From positions 19,592,001 through 19,656,000 of the forward strand of contig CM022670.1 in the NCBI GenBank assembly GCA_012295275.1: DNA of 64,000 nt. The letters run 5' to 3'. This DNA comes from Chrysomallon squamiferum. Lineage: Eukaryota > Animalia > Mollusca. Each line of letters opens with the position of its first letter. Positions within the stretch are counted from its first letter, which is position 1. Made by a program: the position numbers and the translations under genes. Shown one piece after another: positions 30,561 to 44,813 of this stretch. The notes under the pieces were generated by a model that did no database searches, was not told the DNA's origin, and was given only the letters and a program-made list of their open reading frames with translations.

Positions 30561-33069
30561 ATGGAAGGAAAATTAGGTTTAGTTATTTTGGTGATATTTC
30601 TTCTGAAATATGCAAAAAGCTCGTGTCCAATGTGTACAGATGTTAATAATTTCAATCAACTGATTGAATACAACATGTTCAGAGACAGCACGTTTAAAAT
30701 GACTGAGGATATCGGGTTTCTGCAGTGTGTTCAGCAGTGTCTGTTCAGAAAGAGATGTGACTCCATTAACTACGATATCACAAAAAAGTTTTGTGAACTG
30801 AATGAAGAAAGCAGTGATAATCTCATTTTCAGAAATGGATCTGTTTTCACTGAAATTAACAAATGGCCACGAGTAAGTGTAACATTAAATGAACTTTGTT
30901 TTTGAATATTATTGTCATAATCAACTTCCTATTGTTATGTGTTGTTTTCCTTATTTTGCTTTTCTCAAAAACGTTGTCAAAGTTGTTTTATCATTTATCC
31001 TTCTTTATGCTGTCTTTTTATTCGTTCTTCCTTCTTGTTTACTGCACTCATTGTATTTCTTTTAAGGTATCCTTTTTCACATCTTCATCCTTCCCTTAAT
31101 CTTTAAGTTTTTCTCTCCTATTTCGTATTCTTTCTATTCCTCTGTTCGTTCTTCTTACCTTATACATACAAAACATTGTTGTTTTTATTGTAGAATCTTG
31201 CGTACCTCTGTGAAATAAACAGCTGTGAAAATGACAGTGCATGTAGAATTAACCAGGAAGGAACGAATTTTTACACCGACTGTCTTAAAGGTAAGTAAGC
31301 CTGAACATATGACGTCCATGTACATCGCATTTAAGCAAGGAATGATTTAAAATATATATATAATTATGAGAAAGATATATTATTTAAAGTCTTATAATGA
31401 TAATGATATGAGAATGAAATGACAATGACAGATGATATAAGAAAAGCAGTATTTTGATAAAGATTATGATGCAACGATGTAAGTGATAACTATGATGATG
31501 ATGAAAACAATGATCTCGATATTTAAACTTATAAAAATAACTTTGTACTGTCGGTCCATTCGCTAGTATAACTGATAGAGCATATTTTTATTGTAAATGT
31601 AAGTACTGAATATTTCATGATTTTGATAAGAAACGAAAGCTTGAATTAATAAATTAATTATGTCTGATCTCGAGAAAAGAAAGTCTCAATTACTTAAAAT
31701 CGTATCATTCATATTTATGTGAAACAAAGACACAGTAATGATCTAATTATCATGATCATCATTATCATCTTCATCATCATTGTATTTCTTCTTTTTCTTG
31801 GGATTTTCCTTTTCCTTAATCATATCTTTACATTCCGTTATTTATTATTATTATTATTTTTTTTAATCTTCAATAAGAGGAACATATCGATTAATAATAA
31901 AAATAATAATAACAACAATTTTATTATTATTATTATTATTATTATTAAAACGATGATGATGATGATAATCATTCGTCTTCTTCCTCCTCTTCTTTTTCTT
32001 CTTCTTATTGTTAATTATTTATTTTGTTAGAGGACACTCTACCACTAGATTTGGGATACAAATGGGTATCGACTTTATCCTTCTACTACAAGACATACAC
32101 AGATGGTCAGAACTACACGGCTTCTAAAGCAAAATGTGCTGAGGATGGCGGAAAATTGATTGAACCAAGGACAGAGGAAAAGGACAAAATCGTAATTGAT
32201 ATTATAAAAGGTGGGAATGCTTTTGGATCATCGAAGGAAATAAATTAGTTATTGATTAACAATGAATACATTAAAACAAATATATATATATATAAAGGTA
32301 AGAATGAATTTAAATGAATGAATGAATTTTTAGGGACTTCATTAACGGGTATTAGGAATGAGTGAATTAATTAATGTTGGTTTAACGTAGTTTAATTAAT
32401 TTTGAATACCAGAATATATTTGAATAATTATTCGATGCCAAACATGTCTCTTTTGTCAGTTAATGAATTACTACTGGTAATACTAGATTAATGATATTCG
32501 AACATATTTTGGTGATAAAGGTCCTTGGGTATTAAAAGTATGTTTCTTCTATAATGACGATTGCAGAATTTATAAAAAAAAAAAAAACGATAAACTGTGG
32601 CATAATGTTGTAGATGTAAGGATATTTTACAAACCTTTTCACAGACAAGAAAAGATATACTTTCATGTACTGATCAAATTATTACAATTTAACATACAAA
32701 GTCAGCAACACTTACACATAGACACATAAATAAATTAGTTTTTATATAATTTAAATATTTAATGTTGTTTTTTCTATTTTTTCTTTTTTTTTTTGTTCTT
32801 AATTTTTCTTTTTCTTATTTCTTTTTAAATTTTACAATTTTTTTTTTTAAGACAACTCACTGGAGAATGTGTTCATAGGAGCCGTACAGCCCACTGAAAG
32901 TGAATGGGTATGGGATTCTGATCGTTCGACAATTACATACTTTAACTTTGCAACTTATGAACCGAACGGTGGCGAACACGAAAACTGCATAACATACTAC
33001 AAGAATAGTCAGTGGAAGTGGGTTGATAATGACTGCAATGGAATGAGTGACTTCATTTGCGAGATATAA
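30561..33069 (+). CDS. Secreted PAN/apple, half-EGF, C-type lectin protein (copy B), about 268 aa
   Basis: Exons 30561-30872, 31194-31290, 32031-32210, 32852-33069. CTLD has EPN and WVD motifs and ends DFICEI*. Confidence 0.87.
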
Positions 33070-35457
33070 AATAATAATCCCAAAAAATTATTTAAATGTC
33101 TGTCATTTGTATTAGTACTTCTGTGCTAAGCGTGTTTGCACTGTTCACATTAATGTATAACGGTTGAAACCATTGATATATTAATTAACAGCATGCTTTT
33201 ATAATATTTATGTTCTTGTCTTTCATCGTATTTATGAAAATTGTATATCATATATCTGTTTAAAAAAGAAAATCGCAGAGGTAAAAATAAAAGTAACACT
33301 ATACAAATTTTATAAATTATATAATTATTAAAACTTCAGTAAAATCGCGCAAATTTGTATCAGTCAATTTTTTAATCAATAAAAAATATATTCCTATTCT
33401 GTCTTTGGTTTTGCATATGTATCATGTATATACCTCGATTACAAACAAGAGTGTATATGCATTAATGTAGGTGCCTGTATATATGTGTATATGTGTATGT
33501 ATGTATTTTGAAATTAATATTTTGTTATTTTGCGACTGATTTGGCTGACTTAAACAATATTCACGATCACAATGGCACAGGACAAAATCCAATTATGATA
33601 TTATAATTATGATTTACTTTTTCTGGCTGAAAATAAAACTAATAAAGCAAAAGTAAATAAGCAACTAAAAGAAACAAAAAATAAACTATTTCGAAGGTAA
33701 CTCGAGTAAGTATATTTTGCTAATCAAGGAACACTGATTCAGTAATTATGTAATCTATTCTTAGAAAAACTAGATACTTGAATTTCTGTTCTATTTCTGT
33801 TCTAATAAATTAGAAATTTTTGAAAATTTAAAAAGTTGTAATTTTTTACTGCAAGTCTAATTATAATATGCATAAAACAAAGAATAAGAAAACAAATAAA
33901 ATAAAACTAAAAATATGAATAAACAGATGTAAATGTTTTGGAAATCATTTTGACTAAATAACTTCATAAATTAATCAATATATAAGCAAAAATAAAGAAG
34001 TAATCAAACAAATAAATAAAAAATCAGTCAATATTTGAGTTACACCCATCAGTAATTAATATATTAGGGCACGATCGTCGATTTGCCCAGAACGAGAGAA
34101 ATTATTTATCGTAAAAGTTCAGTTGTCCCCTGTTATACTGTTATACATAACCACGGGTATTCTGTTGGGTTTATCAACATTATTTTGTTAATTTATCAAT
34201 GATATAAATATTTTTCATCTATGTCATGTGTAAATTAAATATACTTTTTCGGAATGCCTAATATAAAACCTCTAGAGCTCGAATTTTTTAAATTCATATC
34301 TAGGAGGAATTATATTTATTTATAAAAGGCTAAAATATGCTTCACTGATTTTATAGTAACATACAAATGCTTTTAAATAATTCTGCGTTTTGCTTTAAAT
34401 AGTACGCCTACTATTTTCATTAACTTCCCATTAAAATTATTGAAAATAAATATTTTATAAAAATGTTTGAGTCTTCAGTTATGTCAAGAATGGACTCAAA
34501 ACATATTGCCTTTTTCTAATAACGAGAATGTATCATATGAGCCTAACGTTTCTGCTATTACACTTAGATCATTTGTATAACTTCATATTTTTGAAACCTC
34601 AAATCTGAATTCAAGAAAGGCAATATCAGTGCCATTATTTTATTATTTTATTTCTATCGAGTTAAATGTATGATGCTGTCAAGAGCCGACTCAAGAAATA
34701 TGGCCTTATTGTAATTTTCTATACGATATTAACATTTCTGGTACCACAGTTGGATCATTCTCATACAGGTAAAATTATGAAAGCCTACTTCTGAACTATA
34801 GAAAGAGTTTAGGAGCAAGGCATAAATCAGTCACTGTATGAACGGGTGTCTTTTGTTCTGACTGATTTTGGCTATAAAAAATATTGTCGTTTCTCACCTT
34901 GTCATTTATACACACATACACACATGCATACATAAGTACATATACACTCAAACATACCTGTACACATAGATATCCACCTCTATATACACAAACAAATAGA
35001 CAAGGATATACACACATAATCATGCATGCATACGCATACGTGTAGTTATATATCTGTACATAAATATATATACGTATGCATATGCGTATATATATACACA
35101 TATACACATACAGACACATAAATAGATACATGGATAGATGGATAGATAGTCAGATACATACATGCATACATACATACATACATAACACATTTATACACAC
35201 GTCAACGACAATGGATATCATACGTCGGAGTCTCGTCAGCAGCATATGGCGGGGTTTGTGAGGTCGTGATTGGACTACGTCCTCCTGTCTCAGTGCGTTC
35301 CAGAATATTGTCTAAGTGCAAAATTTAATCATGGTCTACATATACATATATATAGGATAATGTTACATTAATATATATGTATGTATATATATGTATGTCT
35401 GAGGATGAAAAACTGTGCATGTATAATATATAGGCGTTTGTGATCTGCGTGCCTGTC

Positions 35458-35461
<4 letters not shown>

Positions 35462-35544
<83 letters not shown>
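35462..35544. repeat. (TG)n microsatellite
   Basis: Read directly from the sequence. Confidence 0.95.
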
Positions 35545-35547
<3 letters not shown>

Positions 35548-38388
35548 AATAAGGTTGTCTTGGTCACCGTGTTGTATCATCGTCTGCCTGCGGAGTGTGG
35601 ACGTTCGAGTTTGTGAGGTTTCGACTGAAGTTTGTGAGTCATGACTGGACTTATTCCTCCTGCCTTGTCGAATATTATCTAAGTGCAGAGTCTAAAAACA
35701 TGTACAAAAGACCGAGAGTATTGTTTCCTATGTGTATATATGTGTCTGTTTTTTTGTGTATCTAATTGTCTATGTGTTTATTTGCATGCTTATATTTATT
35801 ATTATTATGATTATTATTATGTGTGTTCTAACCAAACTAACACTTAGTTTTATTATGCCTAAAAAGAGTAACATCAGGTTTCCGGACGCAAGCCATAAAA
35901 TAAGTATGAAAATAATTATCACCACGTCAACGAAACAATTTGGCGTTATAACTTCTCTCTACGAGAAGTTTGTAAACAGAAAACTGTGTGAATCTCTTGT
36001 GAACTAGATGATGTAAAATGTATGGATACCATAGAACTGACTATGTATTATTTATTACTAGTTTCATTATCAATTGTTATACACTGATGGCACTTGTTCA
36101 GTTTAAGTCCGGTTTACAGAACACAAGTGTTGCAGTTCATTGGTTGCGATCACTTCATAATTCTGGTGTTTTATAAATATATCTTATAATACATAATTCA
36201 TTAGCTTAAAGCTTTTCGGTTCACAGGCAACAAAAAAATAAAATAAAATAAATAAAATAAAATAATAATAATAATTATTATTATTTTTTTAAAGATACTG
36301 TCTGAACTATTTTCTGAAATGAATATAGGACAAATGATTTTCCTTACACTTATCAATCAAGATTCTGAACAGTTAATGAAAACAATGAAGTAGACATAAA
36401 ACACATATTTCTGTTGTAGACATCAGTTTTGTGGTAATTTTTCTTCGTTAATTTTAAACCTGTATCATTTCGACGTAACTGTATGCATATAATTCTATTT
36501 ACGTACTAAAAAGGGTTCAATTATACATATGTTTGAAATATTTTATTTTAATTATTTTTCTTCTCGACAACGCCATCGAAGTTACAAGTAGTAGACGATA
36601 GTCTCTCGACAAACTCATGAAAACATTACCATACAACAAAACAGTAATGTTTTCTTCGTCAGTGAACAAACTTGTCTTTACATGTTTATAAAAGGAAACA
36701 AGCAGAAACTAAAGTAAAAGAAAAGATCTATAATATCGCTTTAATATCCATTCACCATTATTATCAACAGTTGTTAATCATATTAAAGCTCTTTCGACAG
36801 TTCATCAGGACAAAATGAAGTTATTTGTTTGAAACTTATTTCAGCTGGAAATAATCGCCTGATCATTATAGATTTGAATATAATAGAGCTAGCAATTGAA
36901 GTTTATGAATAAACAAATAAATAAATAATCCATTACTACTGATACCTACCATTGCTAGCCATTACCTGTTACTACTGATACTGCAACAATTACTACTATT
37001 GTTACAATTGCTGCTTCTACCATACGATTACTACAACTACCACTTCTGATATTACTACTGCCACTACCGCTACAACTATTACTACAAGTACTACAACTGC
37101 TGCTACTACTACTTCTCTAGTATTGCGTCAGCTACAGCTACTACTAGTTATAAGTGTAGTTATTACAACTACTATCACTACTGCTGCATCTACTACTACC
37201 ACTGGTTTTATTACTACTACTACTACTATTGCTATAAACACACCTCTATTGCACCATAGTAACTTCTTCATCTTCCTCCATCATCTTCTGTCACTTGTTG
37301 CTAAGCCATTGCTACTACAGACATTTTTTTTTCTTAAAGAAAATGAAAAATAATCATGCACTGGCTGCAAATGCAAATTCAATTTACAAAATCATTCAAT
37401 ACAAGCTAAGCCATGCTATTTCAACCAAGGAAATAGTTAGATTCACAAGGAATACATTATAATAAAGCCTGGTAGCTGGAAACATTTAATGCTTTACTTT
37501 AAATACAATTTATATTATAGTTTTATTAGGAAAACGTCCGATATGTTAAAAGAAGAAGAAGACGAAGCAACAAGAAAAGTAAAGCGTTCAAATAAATTTT
37601 AAAATGTATTAATCGAATTGCAGTAAAAAAAACACCTACAAATTTAAAAAAAAGAAAGTTATGCGGTATAACTATTCTGGTACTGTAATTAAATAAATCG
37701 ATTCGTTTTTCATTTTAGATATAGATGGTAAGATCAAATTAAATTATTTACAATTATTTTCATGTCAGATCAGTTGTCAGATATTGTTGCTATAATGAAA
37801 ACAATTTTCTTTACTCTGGTATTTTATTTATTTAGGGCTTCAAAAGGATAAACGAGTTCATATATGAATTGTTAATAAAAATTCAGTTTTTTGAGTGATT
37901 TGTTTCGTTGTTTTTATTCTTTTATTTTTTGTATATTTTTGTTTCCTTCAGTGTGTGAAAAATGGCAAGAAGATATCGATTGTCACACTTGTGAGCTCCA
38001 TCGAATAAAATAGTTTCATTGACAAATCGCATTGTTGTTTCTACAGAAATTATTGACAAATGTAAAATGCAGTTCAGTATTGCCTGTAATAATTTATATT
38101 GCTTCTCAATATGTTTTGGTTAGAAACAAACACTTCGATATGAGGAGCTTTCAAGTTTCTATTACTCAAGATGAAAGAGTAGTTTGAAATGTATACTGAA
38201 GGTACTAGTTTGCCAAATATTTTAAATGAAAATTGTAATCTCAAGAAAAAATATTAAAAAGAAATGCTGAGAATATGAATAAATACAAGCTCTGCACATA
38301 ATTTTAAAAGAAGATTCGTCTGTTTTGCCAATTTAAGAAAAGAGATATAAACTGTAGAGACTTTTGCAAAGAGAACAATTTTTATGCC

Positions 38389-39872
38389 ATGGAAGGAAAA
38401 TTAAGTTTAGTTATTTTGGTGATATTTCTTCTGAAATATGCAAAAAGCTCGTGTCCAATGTGTACAGATGTTAATAATTTCAATCAACTGATTGAATACA
38501 ACATGTTCAGAGACAGCACGTTTAAAATGACTGAGGATATCGGGTTTCTGCAGTGTGTTCAGCAGTGTCTGTTCAGAAAGAGATGTGACTCCATTAACTA
38601 CGATATCACAAAAAAGTTTTGTGAACTGAATGAAAAAGCAGTGATAATCTCATTTTCAGAAATGGATCTGTTTTCACTGAAATTAACAAATGGCCACGAG
38701 TAAGTATTTCACCTTCTAAATTATGACTTTTTCTCATTCCTTCCTTCTTTTTTACACCTCAGTATCATGCTTCACTTTTCACTTCTTCGACCTTCTCTTT
38801 TTATTTCACCTTTCACTTCTTCGTCCCCTTTTTGGTCACATTTTCACTTCTTCATTCTTCTCTTCTTCTTTTATTTTTTCACTTCTTCATCTCTTTGTTC
38901 TTTTTCTTTCACCTTTTTCCACTTCATCTTTCATTCTTCTTTCACATTTTTCTTCATCGTTCACTTTTTCTTTCATTTGTAACTTCTTCTTTCACTTTTT
39001 TCTTCATCCTTCCCTTCTTCTCTCACTTTTTTCTTCATCCTTTCCTTCTTCTTTCACTTTTCAGTTCTTCATCTTACCTTTCTTTCTTTACTTTTTTATT
39101 TTTCCTATGCTATATTCTTTCAACATTTGATCTTGCTGCCTTTTTCTTTATTTTTTCACTTCTTCATCTTTCTGTTCTTCTTCTTTCACCTTTTTCCACT
39201 TCACGTTCCATTCTTCTTTCACTTTTCATTTCTTCATCTTTCACTTCTTTCTTTTCTTTTTTCACTTCACCTATACGGTATTCTTTCAAAACTGATCTTA
39301 TACTAACATAAAAGTATTTTTATTGCAGAATCTCGCTTACCTCTGTGAAGTAAATAGCTGTAAAACTGACAGTGCATGTGTTATTAACAAACAAGGAATG
39401 AATATTTACACCAAATGTCTTAAAGGTAATTGAGCCTAAAAATATTAAGCTTGTCTACATCGTTTTTTATTTCTCAATTGTATGACATTTCAGCAAAGAT
39501 TGATGTTTTTAAAAACAATGTAGTTTCCAATAAGTTTTATTAATTAAAAGATTTGTAATAATAATGATTTGACGACAGTATAGAGAAATGAAAATATACG
39601 AAATAGTTCGTATTTTGACAAAAATTATGATGCAAAAATGATCGTGTTAGTGATAACTATCATTATGATGAAAACGACGATAGTTTAAACACTTTTATAA
39701 AAATAACTATATATGTATCATCATCATCATTATTTCTTTTTTCTCTTGGATCTGAACCTTTTCATTCTCCATCTTCATTTCTTTACCTTCCTTTTTTATC
39801 TTCAATAACAGAAACATCATCATTAACAACAACACCAGCAGCAACAGCAGGAACAACAACAACATTAACAGC

Positions 39873-39923
<51 letters not shown>

Positions 39924-40885
39924 TAATGTTATTATTTTGTTAGAGGATACTCTACCACTAGATTTGGGATACAAATGGGTACCGAGTTTATCCTTCTACT
40001 ACAAGACATACACAGATGGTCAGAACTATGAGGTTTGTAAACAAAAATGTACTGAGGACGGGGGAAAACTGATTGAACCAAGGACAGAGGAAAAGAACAG
40101 AATGATACTGGATATTATAAAAGGTGGGAATGCTTCTGAATCATCGAACAAAACAACAGAAGAATATATTTTAAAAATAAAATGTATGAACGGTTATTAG
40201 GTGTCGATGAGGCTTTTCTTGTTTTAAGAATAAATGAATTAAGTCATGTTAATTAATTAATACCAGGCGTCAAATGTGTGTCTTATGTCAGGTAAAGCAT
40301 TATTGTTGGTTTAATGGTATTTGAACATATTTTAGTAATAGTAGTTCTTAAACATACGTTTCTTCAAACACCTTATCATAGACCGAAAGGATAAATGCTC
40401 CAAATTATTACATTATAACATACAACCAAACATATATACACATACACATATACATACACAGTAACAACGCAAATCATCAATTACCTGTATTTACAGTAAC
40501 TTAAAATATTTACGCAAATACCGCAGTTAAGAAGGTTACTATTTAAATTTAGTTATGAGTATAGTTCCTGCCTTTTATGATACGCATACCAAAGAAATGC
40601 ATTTTAGTCACTCATAAACCAGTATAAATGTAATTTAAATATTTTCATGCTTTGATTGTTTTAGAAAACTCATTGGCCAACGTGTACATGGGGGCCGTGG
40701 ACATGGAGAAAGAAGGTAAATGGGTTTGGGATTCTGACGATTCGTTAGTTACATACTTTAACTGGGAAGCTAACGAACCGAATGGTGGACGAGGCGAAAA
40801 CTGCATAACTTACTACAAGAATCTTAACTGGCAGTGGGTCGATTATGATTGCAATGTAAAAGGTGACTTTATTTGCGAGAAATAA
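38389..40885 (+). pseudogene. PAN, half-EGF, C-type lectin copy C with a 1-nt deletion in exon 1 (pseudogene, truncated allele or assembly error)
   Basis: Exons 38389-38699 (311 nt versus 312 in B; gaaaaag versus gaagaaag near 38634), 39329-39425, 39944-40123, 40665-40885. Exons 2-4 are open; CTLD has EPN and WVD. Confidence 0.75.
38720..39270 (+). repeat. Degenerate pyrimidine-rich tandem repeat (TTCAC/TTCTTCATC units) in intron 1 of copy C
   Basis: About 550 nt with very few G and recurrent ttcacttcttcatc and ttcttctttcac units. Confidence 0.75.
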
Positions 40886-41930
40886 AATAAAAATTCCCAA
40901 AACAGATTAAATGTCTGTGTTTTGTATTAGTACTTGTGTGTTAAACCTACCTGCACTCTTCACACTAATGTAAGATAGTTGAAACAGCTTACTTTTACAG
41001 CTTACTTTTATAACATTTATGAGCCTTCTTTTGCTATATTTATGAAAATTACATTTAATAATATTGTATATCTGTTTAAGAATGAAAATAGCGGAGGTAA
41101 AAATAAAAGTAACTACTATAAAAAATTAATCACTTGCGCTAAATATTCAGATACTGAAGTATTAATCACCTATTTGTCACCTATTAACAAAATTATGCAA
41201 AACTCTGTATCTTTCTCTTTTTCAGTCAATAAAAAATATATTCCTATGCTGTCTTTGGGTTTGAATATATATGTATGTATCTTTGTATGTATGTATGTAT
41301 GTATGCATGTAAGTATGTATGTATTTATGTACATATGTCTATATGTGTTTATGTATGTATATAAAAATATTACACATGGTTATGTATGTATGTATGCATG
41401 TATGCTGGAATGTATATATATTTATGATGTATGGATATATTTGGAAATTAATATTTTGTTGTATGACATAAACAGTATTGAAGACACTGTGTCACAGAAA
41501 GGACAAAGTTCAGATATTATAAATACCAGATGCTGCTGAGGAATCTCGAACGTACGTCACCTGGTTGCCACGGTCATTGCCGTCGTCGTGGTCGGTGTTG
41601 ATGTTGCTGGTATTCGTAAAAATTAAAGATGATCTTTCTTTTTTGAAAACAGGTCATTCGAAGGTAATGTGAAAGTTATTATTATTATTTTTTTTTTTAC
41701 TGCAGTTCTTATAATTAACTCATAAAACAAAGATGAAAATAAACATATAATCAAATAAAATGGACAAACAAACATTAAATAAATATATATGTAAATGATT
41801 TAAAAAATGAATAAACAGGTGAAAAGGATTTGAAAATAATATTACAAAATAACTAGCTAAATTAATCAAATTTATAAGCAAAAATTTCTTTGTTGTTTAT
41901 CCTTCTTTTTTTGAAATTTCTTTTACTATA

Positions 41931-41982
<52 letters not shown>

Positions 41983-43877
41983 TGTGGGTGTGTGGTGTGT
42001 GTGGGTGCGTTTAGATATATTTACTTCAGATATGTATTCTAGCGGAATATCGATCGTAACTGGAAGAATATTTATACTAGATATTGATTTATTTTAATAG
42101 AAAACAGCAGTGAGTTTAGAATACAAATATTGCAAATGCATGTATAACTAATAGAAATATTGACTGGACGTAGCTTTACGCTATTTACTTTTATATTATG
42201 TGAAATCTAAATATATGGATTCTTTTCTTTTGTTTTATTTCTGTTAATGAAGAAATTAATCTGAATGGAGGTGTTTTTTTTTTATATTTCAATATTCTTT
42301 ATCGTCCTTTCTTTTCACTTTTTTTTTTTTTTTTTTTTTTTTTTTTCAAATATACTGCAGCATTTGTTGTCAGTGAAAGAAAAAAATAATGGTAATAATA
42401 ATACGGGAATAACATATACTAGCTCTAAACAGTTCTGATATTGAAAACATCCAGTCTTATTATGTCCCTTAAATATTTTATCAGTGAGAAATCTTCAGAA
42501 CACGCAAGAATAAAACCGTTAATCATTTCAGTAATATATGGTTAAATGACTAAACACAATAGTTCTGATTATTATGGTAATAAATGTTTCTTCGTGTTAT
42601 GCCCATTAATATTGAATGTATTACTGCACGTCTGCCCAGTTACCCGGAACGAGTAAAATCATTTATCGGAAGAATTGAATTTTTGCATCTAACTGTTACA
42701 CATCACTATGGTTATTTTGTTTTGTTATGTGTGTCAGTAATATCTTGTAGATACGTCAATAATAATGTTTTAATATGTAGGTGATATAAATATTTCTGAT
42801 ATGTATTATATCCAGATTGATTATAATTTATGGATCGCTTAACAAAAAAAATGTTAGAGGTCACTTTTTTAAACTGTCGGGATTTTATTTATTTATTTTT
42901 ATTATTTATTTGTTTTTTTTTTTTATTTTTTTTTTTTTTTTTTTTGTATTTTTGTATTTTTTGTAATTTTTTGTTCTGGGAATGAATTTAATTGATATAA
43001 AACATATTTAAATTAAAATATTTGTTCTTATTGCAACATAATTATGATTTGTTATTTGCTTTTGTGGACTATTGTTAAAAGCTAACTCATCTGGTTTGAA
43101 TTTACTGTAGGACTTTAAAATATGCTTAATTATATCCTATCCACTCAAAATATCTAGACAAGTGAAAGTGGATGCATAGAAAGACGCCTTTAAGACAGGG
43201 GACTATTGATGCTGATAACCAGTCTTAGAATGTTTGGATGTGTATGTATACCTACGTGTAGCTCTATGCACTGTTTCAAGTTTCTTGTCAGTATGATACA
43301 GTTTAGACTAAATAAATACGTGAAAGCTTTTACCACGTTTTATTTGAGGTGACATATTTAAATAAAGCCTATGGTAGAAATAATAAATAAACAAAACATT
43401 ATGTTCATTTTCTTTCTTTTTTTTCGCTTGAAATCTGTTTTCTATAAAAAGGTTTTACTAGATGTTTGATTGTTTTATTATTATTTTTTTTATTATTATT
43501 ATTTTTTTTTTTTTTTTTGAGGGTGGGGATGTTTTTAATATTTTTATTTTTATTATTAATATATATTTTTTATTTTATATTGATTATTACTAATCTGCAT
43601 CGTTTATCAGTTCAATAAAAGCAAAAGATATGCTATATTAATATTTCACGTCGAACCAACAAAACGAAATTAAAAAGGAAATCAATGATTGTATAATTCA
43701 TGTACGACTCAAAAGATATGTAAATAGCAATGAATACGAATTTTTAATATTTGTAATATGAAACAGTATAAAAGGAAGATATTAATCAATCCTAGCTATA
43801 TAACAATCCTCCTGATTAAATAACTAATTCTTAATTCATTCTAGTTTAAAAATTTAACATTACTCATTAAAGTAGCA

Positions 43878-44621
43878 ATGGCTGAAAAAGCTTTGTTGTC
43901 TTTTATTTTTACATTCCTGCTAATATGTGGAATTCAGTGTTCATCGTTTCCTGTGTGTACAAATATTCAACACTTTGACCATCTCATAGAAAACAATAGG
44001 GCGCTTCAGAGCACTTTCAAAACATTCGAAAACTTTGGACTTTTACGTTGCGTCCAACAATGTCTGTTCAGAGCACGATGTCACTCTATCAACTTTGATA
44101 TGTCCACACGGTTCTGCGAATTAAATCAACCAAGCGACGACGCTCGCATCATAAAGCACGGGAGTGTTTATACTGAAGTTGCCAGATGGCCAACGGTACG
44201 TTATATAAGAAATATGCATAAATTTCATAAAGAACGTAATAAAAATTACATAGAAATTGTGTGTGTGTGTGAGTGTGTGTGTGTGTGGATGTATGTACAA
44301 AAAATTATCCACAGACACTCATAAACAAAATGGATGCATATATACGTACAAAAGTGCGTACATAAATACAAACGTACATGTAGATACGTACACACAAACA
44401 TATTGCTACTAAAAGGCGTATTCTATACAGGTATTTTAAATATTTTGACTGAGAATAAAGATCAAACACACACTGATTTAGATAACCCTTTATTTTTCAT
44501 TATTTATTTTATGTTTTAAGTTTTAGTTTAGAGGGTAGGAGACTGGGAAGGCCTCTCAATGGAATAGCCTAGGCTGTCTCTCTCTCTACATCCGGGTCTG
44601 CCATAGAGACTCATACATACA

Positions 44622-44657
<36 letters not shown>

Positions 44658-44781
44658 TACATACATACATACATACATACATACATACATACATACATAC
44701 ATACATACATACATACATACATACATACATACATACATACATACATACATACATACATACATACATACATACATACATACA

Positions 44782-44813
<32 letters not shown>

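Larger units (their letters stand above)
28600..41900 (+). repeat. Tandem segmental duplication containing lectin copies B and C (offset about 7.8 kb)
   Basis: Non-coding flanks align, e.g. aaagaaaaagatctataatatcgctttaatatc at about 29013 and 36717, tttcattgacaaatcg at about 30128 and 38014, and 3' flanks 33070-34000 versus 40886-41880. Confidence 0.85.

Noticed and set aside
35254-35695. Two diverged 70-80 nt direct repeats flanking a (TG)n tract
   Set aside because: Only two degenerate copies in eukaryotic DNA. Not a CRISPR array; probably a small local duplication or repeat fragment.
38723-39311. Three overlapping Phe/Ser/Leu-rich ORFs that look like membrane proteins
   Set aside because: They are open only because the pyrimidine repeat lacks stop codons, and they are intronic.
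40979-41539. Longest ORF in the track (186 aa)
   Set aside because: It is the 3' UTR/flank of copy C plus TATG repeats; the paralogous flank of copy B has no such ORF.
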